From Eledone cirrhosa (taxonomy: Eukaryota), in assembly GCA_964016885.1 (NCBI GenBank), contig OZ024744.1, positions 82,026,001 through 82,090,000 on the forward strand: a stretch of 64,000 nt of DNA. Reading direction: 5' to 3'. The translations under genes and the position numbers were made by a program. Shown in pieces: positions 1 to 9,950 of this stretch (the stretch's first letter is position 1; each line of letters opens with the position of its first letter). The notes below the pieces were generated by a model. The model ran no database searches. It was given only the letters and a program-made list of their open reading frames with translations, and was not told the DNA's origin.

Positions 1-33
1 ATCTATATATTGGTATATTAGAAAAAGTATTAG

Positions 34-205
<172 letters not shown>

Positions 206-254
206 AATGTATTTTGATCATGCTTTATTTTAATTTTTATTTTTAATTTCATTC

Positions 255-454
255 GCACCGTTTCCTTTCTCTATATGTCTGTCTCTCCACCACTCCCCTA
301 CACACCCTTTGAAGTCTGTTCCCACACACTTCTCACCTGAGGAAGGGCTTATGCCCGAAACGTCGTTCCCCACCACCAGCCCACTCTCGAGAGCGTGAAA
401 TTAATAAACATTCGTTGTACTGCCTCTCTGTTTTGTTCCTGTTCAAATTTTTCC

Positions 455-455
<1 letters not shown>
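255..455 (+). mobile_element. Penelope-like pLTR remnant with minimal hammerhead-like motif
   Basis: CTGAGGA-A-GGGC-TTAT-GCCC-GAAA-CGTC at 337-364, AATAAA near 403, flanked by (TA)n. Confidence 0.6.
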
Positions 456-509
<54 letters not shown>

Positions 510-510
<1 letters not shown>

Positions 511-730
511 AGAAAAAAAGCGAATCAGTGTTGCGACGAATAGAATTTATTGGACATATTTATTGGACATATTACAATCGTTTCGAGGCACGATCGATGT
601 GATGATCGAACCTGACTCTGAAAATCGCAAGGTCCTCAGATACGTCTTGATTCTACGAAGCAGATTTTCCTATCAAGAGTGCTCAAACTGCCTACCGCAT
701 ACCGACGCTTTAAGCATCCAACACCAATTA
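510..730 (-). mobile_element. Penelope-like pLTR remnant with hammerhead-like motif
   Basis: Minus strand reads TAT-CTGAGGA...GAAAC-GATT-GTA-ATA, followed by AATAAA; lies between (TA)n tracts. Confidence 0.45.
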
Positions 731-744
731 TATATATATATACG

Positions 745-822
<78 letters not shown>

Positions 823-1063
823 CGTATATATATATATATATATATTCACAGGCATACATACACATACGTACATATATATATATATATGTTTATATATTTG
901 TCACATTTGCACCTTTATTCGACTTCACATATACACATAAACGCCCACAAATAGCCCCGTATATATACACACACACACATAAACACACACATATGTATGT
1001 ATATATATATATATATACTTTAATCTGTTATATTAATAAATATAAATATATATATATATATAT

Positions 1064-1256
1064 AAATGTATGACCCCCGACGGCAGAGTTCATTCCGTTT
1101 CGACGGCTATTTCTGGAGCTGAAATAGCCGTCGAAACGGCTTGAGCTCCGCCGTCGGGGTCATACATTTTCCTATTATCCACTCTACTACTCTAAGTATT
1201 GAGTACTCTGGTGCGTTATGGTCCATCTGGTTCCTTACCACAACTGCTTCGTTATA
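1064..1256 (+). mobile_element. Palindromic Penelope-like mini-element, family P1
   Basis: About 50-bp inverted arms (1064-1113 / 1121-1169) plus a unique tail ending CTTACCACAACTGCTTCGTTATATA; several more copies in this window. Confidence 0.7.
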
Positions 1257-1590
1257 TATATATATTAAAGAGTTAAACAACATTCAATGAGTACATCAAA
1301 GAATGAGTTTTACATTATATATATATATGTATATATATATAGACATATATATAGACTATAGACGTATATAATACCCGTATATGTCTTCATATATAAATAC
1401 ATGCAGACACACACACGAGCGTATATACGAGTATGTATGTATGTATGTATGTATGTATGTATGTATGTATGTATGTATGTATGTATGTATGTATGTATGT
1501 ATGTATATATGTATGTATGTATGTATGTATGTGTGTATGTGTGTATGTATGTAAGTATGTAAGTAAGTAAGTAAGTATGTATGTATGTAT

Positions 1591-1999
1591 GGAGAGATGA
1601 CCCCTTAGCCTTTGTCAAGGCAGAATTCTAGGAGAAGGAAAACTCTGATATAACACCTGCAACCCTGATGGTATCCAATGATGTTGACTTGTTCTTCTTT
1701 TTGGTAAATATCATCTTGGTTAAGAGAGTGGGACTGGCTTTGTGCAGTGCCTTTGCTCACTATAAAAGCTTCACGGCACAGGCATTGCTTTATATCTGGA
1801 GATCTCTCTGCACTTGTCGTCACATGGTACCATGGGCCCAGCACTATGTGTCAGTAATTGTCACAAGTGTAGTGTTTGTACCAGAGTTTTCAAGTCGCTG
1901 GCTGGACTAAAAAGTCACACTCGTTCAGCGCATCGGTAGGGGTTCTCCTACATGGATATAAAGTAGTGGCCGTACTCGAAAACGAGTTGGCAGCCACCA
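1591..1999 (+). mobile_element. Bipartite non-autonomous RTE derivative (family B1), copy 1
   Basis: 5' part resembles the RTE 5'UTR at about 9640-9850; 3' part encodes an RTE-type C2H2 finger and an RTE 3' tail; (TATG)n on both sides. Confidence 0.85.
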
Positions 2000-2085
2000 T
2001 GTATGTATGTACGTGTGTATGTATGTATGTAAGTATGTATGTACGTATGAATGTATGTATGTACGTATGTATGTATGTATGTATG

Positions 2086-2494
2086 GGAGAGATGACCCCT
2101 TAGCCTTTGTCAAGGCAGAATTCTAGGAGAAGGAAAACTCTGATATAACACCTGCAACTCTGATGGTATCCAATGATGTTGACTTGTTCTTCTTTTTGGT
2201 AAATATCATCTTGGTTAAGAAAGTGGGACTGGCTTTGTGCAGTGCCTTTGCTCACTATAAAAGCTTCACGGCACAGGCATTGCTTTATATCTGGAGATCT
2301 CTCTGCACTTGTCGTCACATGGTACCATGGGCCCAGCACTATGTGTCAATAATTGTCACAAGTGTAGTGTTTGTACCAGAGTTTTCAAGTCGCTGGTTGG
2401 ACTAAAAAGTCACACTCGTTCAGCGCATCGGTAGGGGTTCTCCTACATGGATATAAAGTAGTGGCCATACTCGAAAACGAGTTGGCAGCCACCA
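2086..2494 (+). mobile_element. Family B1, copy 2 (tandem)
   Basis: Near-identical to 1591-1999; (TATG)n on both sides. Confidence 0.85.
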
Positions 2495-2520
2495 TGTATG
2501 TATGTATGTAAGTATGTATG

Positions 2521-2551
<31 letters not shown>

Positions 2552-2904
2552 GTACGTATGTATGCATGTATGAATGTATGTATGTATGTAAGTATGTATG
2601 TATATATGTATGTAAGTATGATAGTACGTATGTATGTAAGTAAGTATGTATGTATGTATTTATGTATTTATGTTATGTTATGTTATGTTATGTTAGTATA
2701 ATATGAAATGTAAGTCGAAATTCTGTCATATTTGACAGTTTACTGTGGAAGTGAAAACAGAGTTGGTTGCTAAAATGTTAGTTTGCAATTTCAGGGAGTA
2801 CTTTTTACACATGCAAGATTTTGTGCTTTGTATACGCGCGCAGAACGAGAGAGAGAGACAGAAAGTGAGAGAGAGAGAGAGAGAGAGAGTGAGCGAGAGA
2901 GAGA

Positions 2905-2965
<61 letters not shown>

Positions 2966-3000
2966 TGAGGGATAGAGATAGATTAATAGAGAGATAGATA

Positions 3001-5295
3001 TGTTTCTTTATTAGCCTCAGGGGCACAAAAGAAGGGGACAAATACAAAGGGGGAAGTTTACATAAAATAAAAACGTGTAAAATATTATCACAAATGTAAT
3101 TTAAAAGTTAATCGATTTTCCCCAATAGGGGGAGACATTTCATATGGGTAACATACCCCCGAAAAAAATGTGCAACCTCATCTCCAGGAGTACGAAGAGT
3201 TTGTATCCCCTTCCTCTCTTCCTCCTTTTCCTCAACCTACAGGCTGATATAGAGAGAAGGCCCATTCACTCGGGCCATTCTCGCCACTTTCACCCACCTT
3301 TCATAAAACTTGATGGGGTACAGCACCTCTCTCTCAATCCTGACTCTTCTTCCAAAGTGGTATTTGAAAAAAAGAATCAGTTGTTGGCCGGTGAGAAAGG
3401 TGTCTGACCTCAGCCATTTAAACCTCGTCCACCATACAACCTCTTTCGCCATAGCTATCACACAAAGGAAAACCGCCTCTCCTTCGTTTTTGAAGGTGGG
3501 TGGCTTGATTATGACAATGGACTCGGTAGTCAACTGTATTGGTCCCACCCGCGACAATAGTCGTTCTACATAGCCCCACAGGTCGGTAACGCCCGGGCAG
3601 CGTACAAATGCGTGCGCGACGGCTTCCTCGTCGCGCACGCATCTCGGACATATCCTTTTCGAAGGGTCCCTGCCCGGGCGCCCGTGTCTGTAGAGCTTGT
3701 CCCGAACTGGTAGAACTCCTCGGTAGCACTGCCAGGCCAGGGACATTTGGAAGTTGTACATCGATCCCGGGCGGAAGGTCCTACCGAACAGACTGGCCAG
3801 TTCGTCTTCCTCTACGCCCAAAGTTTCTCCGAGCGCGTCACCGCACTTGCTGCAGACCAACCCTCTATAGAATGACGAAGTGGAGTCTTCACTGATCGCC
3901 GGGTCCGCCTGCCAGAGGGCTGTGAGCGCCTGAGCACATTGGATGTGCCAGTCGCCCAATTTCCTCTGTCTTTGCTTGACCCAGGACTGCAGCTCGGTCA
4001 GCGAGACAGGTCGTCGGAATGCTCGCCTCACGAAAGGGGCCCACACCGGTTGTCCGGTGAGGAATACGTGAAGGTGCCGCAGCCTGAGCGCGTGTTTGCG
4101 TATCGTCAGCCACGGCATCTCCAGCCCTCCGTTTGAAGGGTGTTTGCAGCAGATGGATCTTCTCACCAGAGGAGCCCGCTTTTTCCAAAGGAATTGGAAG
4201 AGCGCGCGCTCCATTTTGGTGAGCGTTTTGGCTGGACAAGGCACGACGGGCAAGTAGATGACGGACGCTATGAAAGTGTTCGCCACCTCCGCTCGACCTT
4301 TCAAGGATAGTTTTCACTCTGCCCTCTTCTGGGTGAGCGAAAATACCTTGGCTGTGACCTCGTTCCAGTTTTTCTCCCCCAAGGAGGTCCGGACCGAACC
4401 AGACCCCGATCAATTTCACCGGTCTTTCCGTCCAGCGTCCGACGACGTTGTCGGACGGCATCGGTTTTCCTCTCCACGTTCCGAGTTGCAAACCGACAGA
4501 CTTGTCCGGGTTCAGTTTTGCTCCTGTAAGCCTTTCTTATTCCTGCAGTAAATTACCGACCTCCCCGATTTACGAGGTTTTCGACACCATTACTGCAACG
4601 TCGTCGGCGTATGCCGACGCCGCTTTCCGCAGTCCCGGCTTCAGAGGGATGCCCTGCAATAGCTCCAACTTCCGCAGTAGTGGCTCCAGAGTCAGTACGT
4701 ACAGAAGGGAGGAGAGAGGGCATCCCTGTCCAATGGATCGCGTGATATGGAACGGCTCCGAGACGTAGCCGTTCACCTTGACCCTTGAGCAGATGTTGCT
4801 GTTGTGCATTGCAGCAATCTAGCCCCTGAACACGGGTCCGAAGCCTGTCGCCTCGAGCAGTGCATCCAGGTAACGATGGTCAACCCTATCGAAAGCCTTA
4901 GAATGATCCAAGTTGATCAGGGCCTCACCGAAGCCGGGTTTATACCCTACCCTCTCTATGATGTATCGCATGAGGTGGAGGTTGTCGTGTATGGACCTGG
5001 TCGGGATTTCGCATCTCTGCGCTTCTCCCACCAGGTTTTCGACGACAAGCGCCAGTCTATTTGCCAACACCGTGGCCAAAATCTGTAACTCTGTGTTTAA
5101 CAGAGTTATGGGCCGGAAGTTGCCTATGTCATCCCCATTATTCTCATCCTTCCTGACTAGTGTGACTACGCCCTTGGTCACAGAACTGGGAATTCTCCCA
5201 TTCTGCTGCCAGTTGCAGTAGACCGGTTCCAGGGGACCGGAGAACAAGTCCGGCATTGCTACGTAAAATTCGTAGGGTAGACCGTCGAGACCTGG
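3001..5295 (-). mobile_element. 5'-truncated, frameshifted Tx1/L1-clade LINE (ORF2 RT and C-terminus)
   Basis: ORF pieces show FRPITLLN, KAFDRVDH, QGCPLS, AYADD and CPRC..HAFVRC; the 3' end AATAAAGAAAC runs into a TATC-type repeat. Confidence 0.93.
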
Positions 5296-5524
5296 AGAGA
5301 GAGAGAGAGAGAGCTACACACACTGACGTACACGCATACATACAAACAAACGTACATGTATGCATGTATGAAAGCATGTATATAAGTATATATCTATGTA
5401 TGTATGTACGAAAGCATATATGTATGTATATATGTATGTTATTATCTCTTTCTCTTAATTTCGAGTATATTTTTTTTTGACCGGCCACCTTCCTGGTGGC
5501 AAGGTTGTAAAAGAAAAGAAATTG

Positions 5525-6283
5525 TCAACCCTTGAATCGCAAGAATGTTTTACAAATTTTGAAGGTGCCAGCTATCGCAGCCATTTGTAGACTATGAATT
5601 AGGGAGCTGCGCTTTTTGTCCGAAAATCCAAGTTCAGTCATACTTTGGTCCAAGCGGGTTGGTATATAATCCGTAGCTCCAATAATGATGGGTATGAAGC
5701 TAAAGGTGTATCTTGGATACTGGATTTGTAAACTCCTCATCAATGGTCCGTAGATGTCCTCCTTCTCCTGTATTTTTCTGACAACGTTTACATCAAGTGG
5801 GCAGCTGATCTCCACAACAGAACACGTTTTCAATGTGTGGTCCCAAACAACAATATCAGGCCAGTTGTGCTTTAATTTGGTGGCAGTTTTTATTTTCAGG
5901 TTCCACCAGTATTCCTTAGTACCATCTGTCTCAATATATTCTTCCTCGTTTGTTGTTAATTTTGTTTTCCGAAGTGCGTTCCAGATGCTTCTAGCTATCT
6001 CATCGTGTCTCATGGGGAGGTAGTAGCGAGATGACATTCTTTCGCAGCTGGCAACAATGTGGCTTACATCCTCGATCTTTGTTTTACATAGCCTACATTT
6101 ATTGTCAGCTGCTGGCCCTCCTCTTTTGTGCAGTAGATATTTGGTAGGGAGTTCTTGTTCCTGTATTGCATAGAGATATCCCTCAAGGTGTGATGTCATA
6201 AACTTGTCGGAACTCCATGCCAGGCTTTTTGAGTGGTTTATCCCCTCTATGGTCTGTGTTTTACGCCTCAAGTATCCATACAC
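5525..6283 (-). pseudogene. R4/Dong CCHC knuckle plus RLE domain fragment
   Basis: 252-aa ORF with C-x2-C..H..C, RHD and PD..E motifs. Confidence 0.88.
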
Positions 6284-6405
6284 AACTTTTTCTGTAAATT
6301 GGTCAATTTTTTTATCTTGTTTGAATATTGAATAGGATCTTCCGATTTCTCTGGGTGAGAGATTTATATCAGGCTTTATTCCATATCTCTTCTCCAGATC
6401 AGTCG

Positions 6406-8175
6406 CTATTCTAATGATATTTTTTTTTCATGCTCATAAACCTGGGCAAGATGGTTGCCAACCTCTTTCCTCTGAAGGTGTTGCTTCAGTGTTACTATCC
6501 GGGTCTCATATGTTGTTAATATTGATTTTAGACCCCGGCCACCTTCCTTGCGTGAGAAGTATAGCCTATCCACATCACCATTGATGTTAAAGTTCCCAGT
6601 AACACTGAGAAGTTTTCGAGTTCTAACATCCATCTCACTTAGTTCTTGCAATGACCAGTTCAGCAGGCCAAATGTTGGCGTTAGAATTGGCACAGCATAA
6701 GTATTGTGGGCAATGTATTTGTTGTACGCTGACAGTTCTGATGACCATATTTTCTTTACTCTTCTGAGGTATTCCGTATTTATTGGTCCATCATATCTGA
6801 CATTCTCATCCTGTCCAAGATATCTGTAGTTGTCACCTGACTGTAGAGGTTGTATTGTCAGGCCGTTCATCTCTAGATTTCTAGAGGAGGGCACAGCTCT
6901 TCCACGTTTTACTGCCAAATATGCACACTTGGACTCACCAAATTTCATTTTGATGTCGGTTGAAAATTGTGTAATGAGGTCCAATTGTTTCTTGATGTCA
7001 TTGATATTTGGCCCATACAACTTCAGGTCATCAACAAAGAAAATATGGGAGATACTTCTGGGCCCACTTCTTTGTCCACCCTGTTTCCTGAGTAGGTAAG
7101 ATAGTGGATTCAGTGAGAGAACGAAGAGTAGCACTGACAAGCTATCACCCTGAAAGATGCACTTCTGGTAATGTATCTGATCAGTCTTAACCTGCTCTTT
7201 CTCACCTCTAAGGATCAAATTGGTGTACCAGTTCTTGGTCAGGCATTCAACAGCAGCTACCAATGGTTGTGGGACTTTAGCTAACTGTAAAGCCTTAATA
7301 ATCCACCCATGAGGTACACTATCAAATGCTTTTTGATAGTCCAGCCACACGACAGTCATGTTTCTGCGATTCTTTGTTGTTTTTTCCTGAATCATTTTGT
7401 TAGTTAGTAGGTAATCTATGCAACCCCACACCTCCCTCTTTCCACCAGCTTGCTCAGGGGTTATGATGTTGTTGGTAGCACAGTGATCCTGTAAGAACAG
7501 GTTAAGGCACCCAGTATATAATTTATACATGATGTTTTGGCAGGCAATTGGGCGGTAATTTTTAGCAAGGGTGGTTTGGTTATTTTGGGGAATGAGGAGA
7601 GTAGTGGCAGTTGATAACCATCTGGGCAGTTCTTGTGTGCCTTTAATGGTTTCTGTAAACAGCCGTATAAGATCTTGCCGATAGAAAGTGAAATTCTTCA
7701 ACCAGTATCCTGTAATGAGGTCTGGGCCAGGCGATTTCCTATTCGACATTTTCTGTTGAGCTGTTTCCAGTATTGACCCATCTATGTCATATTGTTTTGT
7801 CTGGACATGTTGGCAGTAGTCCTGTTCCAGTTCTTTTAGCCAATTAGCTTGTCTGTTGAATCCGTCATCATTTTCCCATACAGATCTCCAGTAGCTCTCA
7901 ACCTGTTCTTTTGAAGGGGTGTCATTTACAGGGATTGAGCTTTTGCCACCGAAGCTGCGATAAACTGATTTAGGATCTCTGGCAAACAATCTATTTAGCA
8001 CTTGTCGTTTATGTGCTGTTGACTTATATTTTAGTCTTTCTGTTGTAGCTGTGAGTTGTTGTTTCAACTGGTGTAATTTGGAGTTCAAAGTTTTAAATTT
8101 TGTATCTCCAAATCGTCTCTTTAACTTTTTTTTAGGTCTTCCTGGTGTCGTGTGAAGTTGCTCTCTATGTTGCAT
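6406..8175 (-). pseudogene. R4/Dong reverse transcriptase ORF fragment
   Basis: 589-aa ORF with RT motifs; reading frame broken near the T-run at about 6420. Confidence 0.88.
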
Positions 8176-9184
8176 TTCATAACGACTGCGATGTGTGAGA
8201 TACTTCGTCTCAGGGACATAATTTTGCTTTTAAATTTCGCATCCACGCTGGTTCAGGCTTTCTGTTTGTATCTTGATTGCGTGGTTTTAGATGTGTGTTA
8301 TATGATAGCAATGTGACAGCTGAAACATATAACAAAATGTGTATGTATGTATGTATGTATGTATGTATGTATGTATAGATAGGACAACACACGCTGTCTC
8401 TTCGTGGGGTAAGTTTTTAATTAATTTTTGTATTCTGAAACATCAAAATACAACAATTTGTTGGTTACTGGACTCGGGAATGTCACGACAGAAGTTTGTG
8501 GAAGTTACACAAATATTTTAGTATATTTTAGCAGAGCAATCCTTATTTATATTTTACATTTACTTACATCTCAATATAACATGGCTAGAATTCAAATTTT
8601 GCTAAGAGAAGAAAACGGTCAAATATACTAGATACATCTCACTGTCCACACCACCACAATAACGTCTACACTCTCTCCCCACCATCACATGTCATTACCA
8701 TACCATACCCTATCGAGACTAAAGTCATCGACCTGTTGTCAAACTCTCTACTCTCTGATGAATGTATATATATATATGTGTGTGTATGTATATGTGTGTA
8801 TATACATCACTCAGTCAAACAACCAGATTTCAACCCCAACATCTACAACAACAACAACACCGGCCCTAATGTTTACAGCAACAACAGCTTCAGAATGAAC
8901 TGAAATGAACATTTACAACAATTACAACAACAACAACAACAGCGGCATCAAAACATAAAAAAAAGGAAGGGAAAAGAAAAAAGAAAAGGGAAGGGGAAAA
9001 AAAAAAAAAAAAAAAAAAAAGGAGAAAAAAAAGAAAGGAAAAAAAAAAAAAAACTCAAAATAACAAAACACACACACACACTCACACACACACACAACAG
9101 AACAACAACATCAACTGCCACCACCACCACCACCGCCACCGCCGTCGCCATCACCATCACCAGCGACCTGGCCTTAAGAACAAC

Positions 9185-9295
9185 TTTAATAATAATTTTT
9201 CTGCTTTTGGCACGGATCCAGCGACTGGCCAGCGCATCACTGGTACTCTCTTTTGTTGACTCCGTGGAGAGCCATAACTCTATGCTGTAAAGCAA
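9185..9295 (-). mobile_element. Degenerate tRNA-derived SINE family A fragment
   Basis: Minus strand CAGCATAGAGTTA...GTACCAGT...GCTGG..GTGCCAAAAGCAGAAA resembles the copies at 20382 and 25272. Confidence 0.55.
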
Positions 9296-9537
9296 TTATA
9301 GTAATACTGGACTGTAATACGATCGGCTTCAACTATACAAACTCTTGAAAGTCAACAGTTGACATAATCTGGTAATCTTGTATCAGTAATGACGGTAATA
9401 TATATATATATATGTGTGTGTGTGCGTGTAAGTGAGTAGAGTAGCGTGTGTGTGTGTTTGTTGTGTGTGTGAGTGTTGCTGTGTGCACGCATATGTATGC
9501 GTGTGTGTGTATGTCGTACGTATAAGTGTCAATAAGT

Positions 9538-9576
<39 letters not shown>

Positions 9577-9578
<2 letters not shown>

Positions 9579-9879
9579 GCGGGGACATAGAAATAATCGG
9601 GCTGGATGCCCGATCGCGCAGTTAAACCACTGGGAGTGAAGAACCCCTAGCCCATGTCAGGGTATTCTTCTAGGAGAAGGCATCTCAGGAAACTGGGTTA
9701 ACTCCGATATAAAACCTGCGGCTCAGTAGTTACCGATGATGTTGATCTTTTCTTCTTTTCGGGTTATAGCTACTGTCGCTCAGAGAGTGGGATTGGTTCA
9801 GTGCACAGTCTTTCCTCACTTTAAAAATATTCGTCACGCACAGGCATTGCACGAGTGCATTAATAATTATTAATAGTGT

Positions 9880-9914
<35 letters not shown>

Positions 9915-9919
9915 TATTA

Positions 9920-9950
<31 letters not shown>

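Larger units (their letters stand above)
5470..8337 (-). mobile_element. 5'-truncated R4/Dong-like non-LTR retrotransposon (RT plus restriction-like endonuclease)
   Basis: RT motifs YRPIAC, DYQKAFDSV, QGDSLS, FVDD; then CRLC..HIVASC, RHD, PDIV, EISCP; 3' hairpin GCCACC-AGGAA-GGTGGC and poly(A). Confidence 0.9.

Noticed and set aside
1668-1910. Recurrent 79-80-aa ORFs on both strands of B1
   Set aside because: They recur only because the repeat copies are near-identical, derive largely from UTR sequence, and have no motif.
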